Assembly (NCBI GenBank): GCA_964016885.1
Contig: OZ024743.1
Location: 112,468,001-112,532,000 of the forward strand
Length of the DNA: 64,000 nt
Source of the DNA: Eledone cirrhosa
Lineage: Eukaryota
Reading direction: 5' to 3'
Below are positions 1 through 13,305 of this stretch, one piece after another. The notes beneath the pieces were generated by a model. That model ran no database searches. It had not been told where the DNA came from and worked only from the letters and a program-made list of their open reading frames with translations. The first letter of the stretch is position 1. Each line of letters starts with the position of its first letter. The position numbers and the translations under genes are program-made.

Positions 1-510
1 TTGTTGCTACGTCCTTTGCCTGGAAACACCTTGGTTACCATGCAACCCAAAAGATTCATTAGATTGGTAATATTATTTGGCGATATTGCTTTTGTTACAA
101 AATCTGTATAACCAAATTTTGTAACAATTAAAATCAAACCAATATCATCATTTTATATCCCCTGTTCAACTCCTGCGGTTTCCATGACAACGGGTAAACT
201 TTTCAAAATCAGTTATGGGAGCAATAATAGGGTAAATTTATAGAAAAAGTCAGAGAAAAATCTGGTTCCTTTCACAATTTAGGCTAACAAAACCCCACGA
301 TAAGACTATCAGAGCACCTTACCTCTTAAACAATAGAGAGGGTAGTGTATTCATATCTGAGTTTGGATGTTTGGATGTTTTCTCTTTCTATATTCGCTTG
401 ACAATATATTTACAGTTTGCCTCGCTCTGATGCTTTCGTTCTATATTCTAAAGTCTTTACCTTGTGCTAGGTATTTACACACACAGACTCACATTATAAG
501 TGTGTGTGTG

Positions 511-701
511 AGGCGGTAGATTGGCAGTATTGGTAGAGAGTCGGACGCTATGCTATGCAGCATAGAGTTACGCCGCTTTATGATCTGAGTTCAAATCCCG
601 CCGAGGTTAACTTTGCCTTTCATCCTTACAGGGTCGATAAAGTAAAGTACCAGTAATACACTGGGATAATTGCTGGCCTTGTGACAAAAGTAGAAACAAT
701 T
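511..701 (+). mobile_element. tRNA-derived SINE (family S1) with a Meta/MESC-like central domain
   Basis: A-box-like TGGCAGTATTGG and B-box GAGTTCAAATCC, then GCCTTTCATCCTTACAGGGTCGATAAAGTAAAGTACCAG and 3' end GGCCTTGTG..AGTAGAAACAATT. About ten similar copies in the window. Domain name is recalled, not searched. Confidence 0.85.
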
Positions 702-1009
702 GTAGGTGTGAGGTGTGTGTGTGTGTATGTGTGTGTGTGTGTGCGTGTGTGTGTGTGCGCGTGTGTGTAGGCGTGTGCTAAGTATAAACATCCTTTATTT
801 TTCTTAATGTGGCTGGTTTTTTTCAATCCATTTTATTCGTTGGGGACAACATGACATTGATGTTATGTTAAATGATTCTGTTTCTTTTATATATCATACT
901 CTAGTTTGTTTGTTTAGTGTGTATATGTAAATATTTATAAATATATACACATACACACGCTCACACAGACCACACACAAATATATATTTACATATATACA
1001 TGCGTACAT

Positions 1010-1887
<878 letters not shown>

Positions 1888-2058
1888 TTGTACAAATTTA
1901 TATGTAGATAAGTAGATATTTGTACATACATAAATATATATATATAATATATATATATTTAAGTATGTGTGTATGTATGTGCATGCATGTGTGTATGCGT
2001 GCGCAAGTGTGTATGTGTGAGCAAATCGCTAAAAACAAAAAAATCAGTCGTCTTTAAA

Positions 2059-2103
2059 ATGGCGTCAGCTTTGCGTTCTTACGATGATCAGCATCAACAA
2101 GAG
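2059..2103 (+). CDS. Candidate first coding exon of an unidentified host gene (MASALRSYDDQHQQE)
   Basis: AAAATGGCG start context (also a YY1-type motif), 15 open codons, then a strong donor GAG|GTAAGC, in non-repetitive sequence. No homology recognised. Confidence 0.3.
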
Positions 2104-2371
2104 GTAAGCAGACAAAAACAACGGAAGATTTATCAAAGCGACACTTGAGTTCAATTGTAAATCGTATTAATCTTCGTGCCAGCAAGGAACATATTTCCTT
2201 CCCACCAAACACCCACCTATCTAACATCTTTCATTTGATTAGATAAAGAACAAAATGGCAGTTTTTCAAGTTGGTTAGTTTTTTTCTTACTTACACACAC
2301 ACACGCACGCACGCCCCCCCCCCCCCCCCCCACATATATATATGTATGTGTTTATGTGTGTGTGTGTGTAA

Positions 2372-2455
2372 TATTTAATATTCAATATTGTATATACTCT
2401 ACTGTGTATTGAGTACCATACTTACTGTGGTTACCCCCGATTGAAACCGGAATAC
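2372..2455 (+). mobile_element. PLE-end-like remnant, family B (tail only)
   Basis: Similar to 11985-12060 (ACTGTGGTTACCCCCGA..ACCCGGAATA); flanked by microsatellites. Confidence 0.55.
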
Positions 2456-2456
2456 G

Positions 2457-2491
<35 letters not shown>

Positions 2492-2657
2492 GTCCAATTT
2501 CAACCCGCCCTCAATCTTTTATTTCTCATTCTTTCTTCTGAAGAAGGACTAGCGTCCGAAACGTTAAGACCCTCTTCCTGCTACATGAAGCGTTAACCAA
2601 ATATATACCTTCCATATACTGTACCGATTATATTGTTATTTCTGTTTACCTTTTAAA
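2492..2657 (+). mobile_element. PLE pseudo-LTR-like remnant, family H, inside (TA)n
   Basis: Contains the minimal hammerhead at 2534-2569; a reverse-complement homologue lies at about 29373-29550. Confidence 0.7.
2534..2569 (+). ncRNA. Minimal type I hammerhead ribozyme motif
   Basis: TCTT-CTGAAGA-A-GGAC(TAGC)GTCC-GAAA-CGTT-AAGA: core boxes, stem II, short palindromic stem III, stem I TCTT/AAGA. Confidence 0.7.
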
Positions 2658-2716
2658 TACATATATATATATATGTATGTATGTGTGTGTCTGTGTGCGT
2701 GTGAATTTAGATATGT

Positions 2717-4298
2717 GGCAGTTGATAGTTATCAGGGAGTCTGGCCTTTTTCCCTAGAAGTTTTTTTAAATGAGCAGACCAATTTTCAAGACGTTTTTTG
2801 GCAGAGCCTCCTTTGATTCTAACTGCAGAGTTTGAGTTTTTGCCTGAAAGATCTTTGACAACCTTCCAAGCAAGATGATGGTGTTTGCTGATGTGATGTT
2901 GCGATAGCTGATCAATACTACCTGAGATATAGTCGGCTTCAGCATTAAGATAAGCGTGGTCTAGTGATTTTTTGGCCATGATAAGATGTATCTTTTTCCC
3001 TTGAGATGGTGATTGAGGGTGAGATTGGGATATTGACCTAAGATGGGCCCTTGCCTCAACTACCTTCTCTGAGGCACTAGGTTTCATTTGGCTTTTCTTT
3101 TTAGGTAGGGTGGCAAGTGCAACTTCCTCTGTTGATTGCTTAAGACAGTCATACACATCCTCAATATTATCGTCATTGATGTCAGAAGTCGAGAGAGATT
3201 GAAAGCTGTTATAGACTTGAAGCGTGAAGCTATTGGATAGTTGTTTGTTGGAAGAAACGGCTTTCCAGTCTATTCTTTTCATGGGATGAGGCTCGGCCCT
3301 CTTGGATATCCTGAGACTAAGTTTGATTGTTGCCGAGATGACTCGATGATCTGAGCCAACAAAGCTAAAGGAGGAATAAGATCTAGAATCTTTGATTGAG
3401 TTTCTCCATATCTTGCGAAATATCAAATAGTCAATCTGAGCTCGTTTTTGGTTTGGGTATTCGAAGGTCCAAAGCTGGCCTCTGGTCTTCATGAAGCTGT
3501 TGTTTGAGCTGAATAGACTGAATTCCTCCATGAAGTCTTTGAGATATTCCTCGTTTCAGTTAGTAACCCTATTGTATGTGAACTTTACTTCATCCGGGCC
3601 AAGTTGAGTGTTGAGGTCTCCAGCGATGATAAGAAAGTTGTGTACTTGCTCAACAACTGTGCGAAAGGTCGTGTAGAATTCTCTTACCTCATCCTCAGGA
3701 GAGGCGTTATGAGGACTGTATACACATATCGCAGTGGTTCTAGGATTGCCCTCTAGTGTAAGCACCAAGATTCTGGGAGAGATTGTTTCAATCCCCAGAA
3801 GATTATTGCTGGCTTTAGATGAGAGAAGGCAGCCGACTCCTCCGACGGAGGCATTGACAGGGTTCTTGGTGGCTGAAGAGGTGACAAGTTGGTAGGATCC
3901 TAGGGTGTGATACTTGAGATCATCCTTTGGGTGGAAAAAGCGGTGTTCTTGGACCGCAAGGATGTCAATGTTCTGAAGTTTGGCATTCTCTGCCAGCTCC
4001 TGGAGTCTACTTGTTGGAAGGAGGGTTCTGGTGTTCAAGGAGCTAACTATTATTTGCTTTTTACAGCTAACCAAGCGAGATTTGCTTGTTGTTTGGTTAG
4101 GACTTGATTCTTATCCATAGATGAACCCGATCCCTTGAGATTTGAGGATTCATCATCATTCGATGCCTTTGTAGGTGCATTATGATCAGAAACAGGACCC
4201 GGAAAAGCAGGGGCTGGACCTATATCAACAGGTATACCATATAGTGTGGTTCCCTGCGGAACAGGAACCCTGGTGCAGTTAGTTGCGAAATCCATCAT
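2717..4298 (-). pseudogene. N-terminal half of RTE ORF: APE endonuclease plus linker, frameshifted
   Basis: Track ORFs 4050-4298, 3556-4074 and 2707-3531 carry SLNTRTL, LAVQEH, VYSPH, IAGDLN, QIDY and GSDH endonuclease motifs; frameshifts near 4070 and 3550. Confidence 0.9.
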
Positions 4299-4650
4299 CC
4301 TTTCAAATAGCTAATAATGTGTGTGGGCGCCACTACTACACACATGTGAAAGAATTTGACAGCCAAGTCTTGAATAAGCTGCTTTCTCCTCCGTGTGGTG
4401 GGTTACCCGGCGCCAGATACCAACCTGGCATTTATACCCTCGCCCTAATTGTTCGTGTTGCAAGCACTAGAGTAGTCGCTAACCAAAGCTACGGACCTAC
4501 TCTATCCGTCTGGAGATACGTTGCACTAGCTTACCAGCATACTAGTAGCAGGAAATTGACTTTTCCGGCACTGCAGCGCCTTTCGGCGGGCCGTGCTGGT
4601 TTTGGATGGCCATTGACTCCAAGAGCTCTTAAGAGCTCCCAGGAGTTCCT

Positions 4651-6204
4651 TTGCCCTCCGTTCAGGTTTCAGAGCCTTTAGGAATCAACACCTCTCCTTT
4701 CACCATGCGTGAGCTAAAAGAAGCCATCAAACAGCTCAAAGCCTCAAAAGCCTTTGGGCCAGATAATATACCTACCCTGATTTGGAAGGATGAGCATTTC
4801 CACATCCTTTTGCTCAACTTATGTAACCATACTTTCGAGACCAATAAACCACCTAGCGTCTGGCATGCAGCTCAAATTATCCCCATGCCCCAAAAAGGAG
4901 ATCTTTCTTTAGCCACCAACTATAGAGGAATTTCTCTCATGGCAATTGCTGCAAAAATATACAACAAGCTTCTTCTTAACAGCTTAATCCCATTTCTTGA
5001 GCCAATCCTTCGTAACAACCAGAATGGATTTAGGAGAGGTAGATCAACACTTAGCCAGATTCTCTGCCTTCGCCGACTTATAGAGGAGTCCCAAAACCGC
5101 AATCTAGACGTTGCACTCATCTTTGTTGATTTTTCAAAAGCCTTCGACTCAGTTGACAGGTCGGGGATGTTTGAAATTCTACAACTCTATGGTATTCCTG
5201 ATAAAATCATCGCAGCCATACGTGTAATGTATACAGATACCAAATCAACTGTCCTGACCCCAGATGGGGAAACACCACCTTTCTCAATCCTCGCTGGAAT
5301 TTTACAGGGCGATACCATTGCTCCGTATCTATTTATCATTGTTGTGGATTATGTTTTGCGCATGTCTGTGGATAGGATTCAGGATAGGGGATACCAACTA
5401 CAACCTAGGAGAAGCTCACGCTACCCAGCAAAATACTTGACCGACACCGACTTTGCTGACGACATCGCATTGATCAGTCGGTCACTGGAAAATTCTGAGA
5501 GTCTTTTGAAGCCATTAGAGCAAGCGTCCAACTGTGTTGGACTGTACCTCAACGAATCCAAGACTGAGTATGTGAACAGATGCGCAAACAGCCCAAACTA
5601 CCCCATCAGAACCCTTAATGGTACCACCCTTAAGCAGGTGGAAGATTACAAGTATCTTGGCTCATATATCTCCTCCTCCAAAAAAGATTTTCTAACCAGG
5701 AAGGGTATGGCATGGTCAGCGTGCAATGACATGCACGCCATATGGACATCTCAACTTACCAACAAGCTAAAACTGGAAATATTCCAAGCAACCATTAAGC
5801 TCATATTACTTTATGGATGCGAAACTTGGACACTAACATCACAACTTGAGAGGAGATTGGATGGCACATATACCCGCCTCTTAATGAGAGTGCAAAACCT
5901 ATCCTGGAAATGACATCCCACCTTGTCTAAAATCTATGGCAAACTCCCTCGACCCTCTGCCCTTCAAAAATCCCGGAGAGCTCAATTTGCTGGCCACTGT
6001 CACCGTGCCAGCAATGAAATCATATCCGCTCTCTTGCTTTGGAACCCTGACTCCAGCCTGACTAGGAGTAGGAAGCTGTCATTCCCTGACGTTATCTCTA
6101 GGGATACGGGAATCAGTAGACAGGACCTGGGGGCAGCGATGGGGGACAGGGAATTCTGGGGCATGAGAGTGAGATCCATCATCTCGACAGTAGTCGACGA
6201 ATGA
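4651..6204 (+). pseudogene. C-terminal half of RTE ORF: reverse transcriptase, with a premature TGA at 5911-5913
   Basis: KAFGPDNIP, NYRGISL, QNGFRRGRST, FVDFSKAFDSV, GILQGDT, FADD, YKYLG, YGCETW, GH..R and DREFW motifs. ORFs 4651-5913 and 5923-6204 are in the same frame. Confidence 0.93.
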
Positions 6205-6819
6205 TGTTGATGATGTATATATGTAACTGCATATTATATAATTATATATAGAGATATGGTGGTTGTGGTGGTGTTAGTGTGTACGTGTGTGTGCATCTGT
6301 GAACGTACGTATGAATCTATATCTATAAATATACTTATGTATGTATAGGTATAATCACACATATAATGACACACTCATACATGAGTTTTTTTTATAATCA
6401 TTGATAAAAAATGGCGACGTTCCGCTTTCATCTTCAATTGGCTGTTGAATATAATGGTTTGAAGGTCGTCTGTCTTTCCAATTAGCAATTACTCTATCAC
6501 GTTGTAACAAACGAACAGAGAAAACGTTCGTCTTGTTTCATGAAACAAGTATGCAGTACTTTTTCAAAGAGAATAAGTTTTCGGTAGCATAAGAAGTTCA
6601 AATATATGATATCCAGGTCAAGTATTATAATATACGTGGTAGAAACCTTCACATCTGATTGATTGTGATAAATATTGTAAACGTCACACAGAAACATGAA
6701 GAAAACTATTATTGCAAGATGTGCCATTTCAACGCCTTTTAACTTTTTTCTGTATTTTGTATAATGAATTCAGATTCTACCGTTAATCCTTTCTTCGGAT
6801 GGAATAATATTGCGAAGTC

Positions 6820-6866
<47 letters not shown>

Positions 6867-6868
<2 letters not shown>

Positions 6869-7327
6869 AAATTAAATTAAGGGTGTCAGAGAGACATGCG
6901 CCATATCCACTGTAGAATATGCTCCAAGATTCCAATGAATAGATCCGAGCATTTTATATCAACTAGAAATTCATTGACATATATATATAAAATAAACATA
7001 TGAAACCATCACAGGGAATAATTTGTAAGCACACATAGCCAGGTAGGTAACTAATTAAAGTTTAAAAATAGATACCTTAAAAATAAATACCTTATAAATT
7101 GATTAATCTTCCTTATATATATTTCATTAAAGAAATATATTTCATCATTAATCGATCGGTAAACCACAGTAGCCAAATCCGTATTTTCAACAAGGGATAA
7201 GATCTAACTATCTGTGTTTACCTACCTGGCTATGTGTGCTTACAGACTTTTACAAATTATTCCCTGTGATTGTTTCATATGTTTATTTTAGATAGATATA
7301 TATGTCAATCAATTTCTAGTTGATATA
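6867..7327. mobile_element. Fold-back insertion (tail + inverted arms), family C, between (TA)n tracts
   Basis: Arms of about 95-110 bp at 6955-7050 and 7218-7327 are reverse complements. The unpaired tail 6867-6954 recurs in reverse at about 16548-16638. Confidence 0.7.
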
Positions 7328-7343
7328 TATATATATATATATA

Positions 7344-7905
7344 TCATCATCATCATCATCATCAACGTTTAACGTCCGTGTTCCACGCTTGCATGGGTTT
7401 GGACGGGGGTAGTCCCACTTGAGGCAAGAGTGATTGTCTTGCTCGCATAGGACTGTCTGGCAGGTTTTCTACAGTTGGATGCCCTTCCTAACACCAACCA
7501 CATTTACAGTGTGGGTCTGGGAGTTTTTTACCGTGTTGCCTACACGGCCACATTACAGCGTGGACTGTGTGTTTTTTTGTCGTGACACCTACACGATCTC
7601 ATTTGTTTCGGCCTGGATGGCGCGGCACCAACATAACTTTACATAGAACGGGGTGGTGTGGATGGGGTGGGGGTGGGGGGGGGGGGTATTTTGTTAGAGA
7701 TGCCTACTGGCTGGAGTAGGTTTTACTATATATTTAGGTAAGGCGGGTCTTCTCTGTTACTGAGTACCGCCAAAGGTCTCGGTCTAGTGACATTGTCTTG
7801 GAGAGGTGTAAGTGTGTGATGTCGGAGTTTATCAGCTCGTCCCAGGTTTTTCTAGGTCTGCCTATTCCGTGACTACCGTCTATCTTTATTGCCCTGCACT
7901 TTGTT
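7344..7905 (-). mobile_element. 5'-truncated RTE-type LINE 3' end with (GAT)n tail
   Basis: Minus ORF 7734-7961 ends GRPRKTWDELINSD...SLDRDLWR, a typical RTE C-terminus; the 3'UTR ends in a (CAT)n run on the plus strand at 7344-7363. Confidence 0.75.
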
Positions 7906-7993
7906 ATACAGCTGTATATATATATATATATATAAATTATAGTAGGAGGAAGTACAACCAAATATTTTTGAAAAAGTGTTTATTGTATATATG

Positions 7994-8064
<71 letters not shown>

Positions 8065-8112
8065 CGTGTGTGTGCGCGTGTGTGTGCGCGTGTGTGTGTG
8101 TGTGTGTGTGTG

Positions 8113-8207
8113 TCGGGGTCAATCGGGGGTAACCAGAGTAATGTACTAAATATTTAGCAGAGTATAAATATTTAATATAGAAATGGCTTCTACAGGACTA
8201 GAACTGT
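8113..8207 (-). mobile_element. PLE-end-like remnant, family B (partial hammerhead + tail)
   Basis: Reverse complement of 11956-12053 (ACAGTTCTAGTCCTGTAGAAGCC...). Confidence 0.65.
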
Positions 8208-8491
8208 ATCCCAAACAACATGTTTATATGTATGGTGGGTTGTGTAGCAGTTGTAGTTACACGTAGCCTGGTAGTGACGGGGTGGGGGGGGGGGGGGGTA
8301 GACGAGAGGTAACGGAAGTGAACAATAGGGAACTAGAAGGAGCAAATAGTTGGAACACATAAGCGAGATAAAAGTTGTTAAAACGGTAAACATTTTTCTG
8401 CTTTATTGCTCGTTCATGTGTAGTCAGTTGAGTTGTGTGTGTGTGTTTCAGATTTAGCGTTAGGCTTTAAATATTTATAAGGGATTAAAAA

Positions 8492-8565
<74 letters not shown>

Positions 8566-9106
8566 TTGGCTGGACTAGTCTAGTTTTCCAGCGGTATCAT
8601 GTTAAGAGGGTTACATCTGACAGAACCCACTGGAAAGCGTGTTCGGAGACTCTTGCTCCATGGCCCTTTCAAGAATATGTGGGTACAGAAGAGGAATGTA
8701 ATATTTCAAGGAAATTTGGTTTCGATTTCTTGCACATCAAGCAACCTTATACATGCTCTCTCTTTATTCACCCAAGGTGGTTATTATATTATATAGTTTA
8801 CTTCAAATTGTAATGTTTAATTTAGATACCATATGTTTAATGATGGACAATAGTTGAAATGTATTGTTACAATATTTAATGGTCGTATAACGGAGTAATT
8901 TGTTCCTTAAAACCTAGTTCCTTTCAACATATAACATATAGAAATTGTAATATAGTTTTATATAAAACTAAGGCTTGTCATGTTTGTCATAAATAATAAC
9001 TGTAACTATATTTAAGTACAGACAGTTATGAGATTTTTATTTTACATTATTCTGAGATCAACTTCCCCTTGTTAACTCGGCCTTCAGACAACAACTTTGC
9101 CCCCCT

Positions 9107-9109
<3 letters not shown>

Positions 9110-9190
<81 letters not shown>

Positions 9191-9228
9191 TCTCTCTCTC
9201 TCCCCTCACTCTCTTACTCCTCTCTCTC
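9110..9228. repeat. (TC)n microsatellite
   Basis: Direct reading. Confidence 0.95.
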
Positions 9229-9307
9229 ATGTAAGTCTGTACATGTGTAAATGAAAAAGTATGTGGCAATACGAATACACTAACATTTTTATAACCATGC
9301 GATAACA

Positions 9308-9494
9308 CAGGCATGTCAGACATGCGGTCCTTTACAAGTACACCTGCGGCCCGCACAAAGGTTTTTACAGCGCGAGCGTTATATAAAATAAAAAATATTT
9401 TGTGTAATGTGCGCAATTAGTTGTCATGTGTGACCCTCAGACAAGACATATGTGACCCATGTGGCCCTCGGGGACCCTCAGTTTGACATGCCTG
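9308..9494. mobile_element. Non-autonomous hAT-like MITE
   Basis: 11-bp terminal inverted repeats CAGGCATGTCA / TGACATGCCTG and internal GCGGCCC subterminal motifs; the 8-bp TSD is decayed. Confidence 0.7.
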
Positions 9495-9858
9495 CCTTAA
9501 TATATATCTGCTAAAAAGGATTTTTTAGAAAATAATTCAGCCTTTATTTATTAGTATAATAGCCACACTCACTATATTTGCCATATACGCTAGTCACGTA
9601 AATATCACTCCAAGTATCCTGATCAGCGGCAATCCGCAAAACTCAGAGTAGCAACCGGGAAAACTTTCAATAATATAATAAGTATTGGGTCGTCAAGTAT
9701 GAAATTTGTAGAAAAAATTTTTTTTTTCTAAAAATGTCTACAAATTTCATACTTTACGCCCTAATATATAATATTCTCTACTTTTGTATTGCGCAGTCTT
9801 TCTTCGTGTTTTAAACCCCAACGTATGGCTGAACTTCACACAATAAGTCTGCCCCGTC

Positions 9859-11330
9859 TCATCCTGCTGTGGAGAAACGAGAAGCGGCTTGAGCAACCGA
9901 TCTCCATGGCACATTGTCCCTGGCAGTCTCATGTATTTCACTCTCTTCCAGTTGGAGGTCATCACTAAAGTAACCAGCTATTACGCCACATAGCTTGGTT
10001 TCTGTCTATCTCCATTTCTATGCTTATGTTCTGTGACGTACAGACAGTATTGCTGAATTAAATCTTCCTTGTTTCTTCTAATAGAGTTTCCAATAAACGA
10101 TAACTGCCGAAAAATCACTTTGTTAATTAATGAGCAGGTACTTGATTCGTGACAAAGTCTGTTCTGTTGATGTTAAGTATGATTCTCAGACATTTACTTC
10201 TCTAACACCTTTGTGGTGGTGCACGGCTCTGTTATATAGAGGAAAGTAATCAGTACTGATACTTTTTAAAAAAATTATTTTTAATGATAAGCTGGCATTT
10301 GAATTCGTTATATTTTTCAGTTTCCAAAAGGCTGCCCTAGATTTTGCCTATGTTTTAAATCAGTCATGAGCAACCTGCGGCCTGCGAAGTTTTCTGAATG
10401 GCTCGCTAGTGTCTTTAATTGAATAGTCTAAACAGTCATGGGCAACCTGCGGCCCGCAAATTTTCTGAATGGCTCGCCTAAGTCACCTGATTTTTTTAAA
10501 CAAACTTTTCAGTCGTAATTTATCTTTCTATCATTTTTACGATCGAGATAAACAATGTGTACGAATTCTGAAGAAACAAATCAAAACAACATGAGTTTCC
10601 CCCCTTTTTTAATGTGGGCACGAATGTTAATTAGCTCTTGCGGCCTACCTGATGATGAGTCATATCTCATGCGGCCCGCTTCTCCAAAAAGGTTGCCCAT
10701 ACCTGCTTTAAATCGTGCATGGTATCATTACCTCAGTAGATACTGAAAATTATCAATGATCTCAAATACTCTTCCATCTGGGGTTATATTAGCATGGTGG
10801 ATATTTTACCCTATGACTTTCGTTTGTCTGTCTTGTCTGTTAATTAAGAGTCATGTGTATAAAATATAGGATCATTGGTGTTGGCATGTCTCACTAAACA
10901 ATCAATCACAACAATGAAAAAATAGGACGTCAATACATCGCTGTTGACAACGCCAGTGGTAAATTCGAATTCCTCTATTAGTTCACCATCAACAGTGTAT
11001 GTGATGCATAGTTTATCTAATGACAAAACATCCATTGGGGGAATACAAGCTAAACAAACGGATGTTAGAAAGCTTCGATCGTATCCTCGTTTAGGCATTA
11101 GATAATCAATGTTTTAAATACTTCTGATTCTTTTCATTCAGGTGTCCAATGATATTAGTGGCAACTATCTTTCTGTGTGACATTTCCTGCTCCTTAATAG
11201 TTGAGTTGATCGTCGGGTATAAGATGTGCTATTTCTAGCGTGTCTACGATCATGTTATATTGTCTTGATATTTACACATTCACTTGGTAGTCGAATGATG
11301 CACCTGTTATTCAACGCACAACACTGTTTG
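9859..11330 (-). mobile_element. Old, decayed RTE-type LINE interrupted by a MITE
   Basis: Minus-strand peptide remnants in RTE order: VDGELIEEFEFTTGVVNSDVLTSYFFIVVID (RT), IIDNFQYL, AAFWKLK, and ETARDNVPWRSVAQAAS (C-terminus). Confidence 0.6.
10361..10705. mobile_element. hAT-like (Charlie-type) MITE with a duplicated left end
   Basis: Left ends CAGTCATGAGCAACCT (10361) and CAGTCATGGGCAACCT (10433); right end AGGTTGCCCATACCTG (10690-10705); 8-bp TSD TTTTAAAT/CTTTAAAT. Confidence 0.75.
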
Positions 11331-11576
11331 ATAACGACAAGGATCGTATACTGTTTATTGAATATTTTTTCTATAAAGATGAAATTTCTTTCAGTATAGG
11401 TTGTCTTAATTTATTGGGATAATTAATAGTAATGTTGCTTAATTCCTGAAACTGTGGTTAGGAAAATAATTAAGAGCTACACTTTCTAATATTAGTTTTT
11501 CCTGGTTGTATTTCCCCAATGGATGTTTTGGCATTAGATCAAATATGTTATATGTGTATGCGTTTGTGCATGTATG

Positions 11577-11660
<84 letters not shown>

Positions 11661-11664
<4 letters not shown>

Positions 11665-11770
11665 AAAAGAGTCAGGACCTCTACGGCTAAGCTCAGGCCG
11701 TTTCGACAGGTGAGTATTGAGTACTCAAGTACGTTATGGTCCACCTAGTGTCTTACCACACCATTTTTGT

Positions 11771-11772
<2 letters not shown>
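11661..11772. mobile_element. Family A (subfamily A2) split remnant: inverted hammerhead-proximal segment + 3' tail, in (TA)n
   Basis: 11661-11709 is the reverse of the segment ending ...TTTTCCTA; 11712-11772 is the terminal tail in the opposite orientation. Confidence 0.75.
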
Positions 11773-11847
<75 letters not shown>

Positions 11848-11927
11848 ATTATATATAGAGAGAGAAAGAAAGATAGGGAAAGAGAGAGAGGAGGAAGAGA
11901 TAGGTAGATAAATAGATACATAGATAG

Positions 11928-11978
11928 GGCTTCCTGATGATTTCTCCGGAATGAAACAGTTCTAGTCCTGTAGAAGCC
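11928..11978 (+). ncRNA. Type I hammerhead ribozyme motif (family B, element about 11925-12062)
   Basis: GGCTTC-CTGATGA-(TTTCTCCGGAAT)-GAAA-CAG(TTCTAGTC)CTG-TA^-GAAGCC: 6-bp stem I, stem III ACAG/CTGT, GUA cleavage triplet; stem II is weak. Confidence 0.75.
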
Positions 11979-12088
11979 TTTCTATATTAAATATTTATAC
12001 TCTGCTTTGTTTTGAGTACCTTACCTACTGTGGTTACCCCCGAGTGAACCCGGAATAAACTTATATATATAATATATATATATATATC

Positions 12089-12425
<337 letters not shown>

Positions 12426-12426
12426 G

Positions 12427-12465
<39 letters not shown>

Positions 12466-12476
12466 CTATATATATG

Positions 12477-12507
<31 letters not shown>

Positions 12508-12510
12508 GTG

Positions 12511-12610
<100 letters not shown>

Positions 12611-13109
12611 AGCAGAAATGTAAATAGATAGATGGTTTTGCGAGGACATCAGAGGGAATGATGTACTGACATCTGACACCTAAGCAACTGACCAGTATAA
12701 TAAATATGCGATATGCCAGTGCATTGACAACCGACCTTCAGGTCCTTTGATAGTGAACGTATGTAGCTAACATATCGATATCGATCACAGAGTATCGAGT
12801 ACGAATCCATTTTCAGCACATTTAATAAAATTATTGTTGTAGCTGACCACCATCTTAAATATAGATATATTCACCTCGTCATCTCTTAATCTATAGTCAC
12901 AATTTTATTAGAATTCGACCCTTGTCCAGTTGAACTAACATCAATGATGTACAGCTCTAAGTACGTTTCAGCTGATACAATATTGTTTCAAATTCTGTGG
13001 AGATCCCGCTGCTCATTCATTTATAATAAATCCATAACCAGCAAATTCCGAACAAGGGAATTCGCATCGGCCAGCAGTTAGTTAAATGGATGATTGTTTA
13101 GTTGTTGAC

Positions 13110-13305
13110 TGTCATCAAATCTCTTTGGTCATACATTCTGTGACTTCCTGAGTGGCTACTTTTCTTTGTTATTTTGTGTCTCACCTTTCCTCTCTCTTGC
13201 AAGAAACAAGATGGTGTAATACAAAACGAAGGAGAGACACGAAATAACATTAAACTTAGTAACTGATGAGGTTACAGAATGTGAGACGAAAGAACTTTAA
13301 TGACA
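13110..13305. repeat. Old, degenerate inverted repeat
   Basis: GTCATCAAA..CATTCTGTGAC..TGTTATTTTGTGTCTC mirrored by GAGACACGAAATAACA..GTTACAGAATG..TTTAATGAC. The right arm contains CTGATGA...GAAA. Confidence 0.55.

Larger units (their letters stand above)
2717..6217. mobile_element. RTE-clade LINE with an inverted 5' half (2717-4655 minus; 4652-6217 plus)
   Basis: The minus segment holds 5'UTR, APE endonuclease and linker; the plus segment holds RT and C-terminus, ending in a (GAT)n-like tail. The halves rejoin in frame. Possible imperfect TSD: TAGATATGT (2708-2716) and TATATATGT (about 6217-6225). Confidence 0.9.

Noticed and set aside
511-610. tRNA gene suggested by A and B boxes
   Set aside because: No cloverleaf; it continues into the SINE body and is multi-copy.
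591-791. Recurring small ORFs containing VLYFIDPVRMKGKVNL
   Set aside because: Antisense translation of the S1 SINE core.
6497-6727. Minus ORF with a signal-peptide-like start (MAHLAIIVFFMFLC)
   Set aside because: Hydrophobic starts are common in AT-rich noncoding DNA; no strong donor site.
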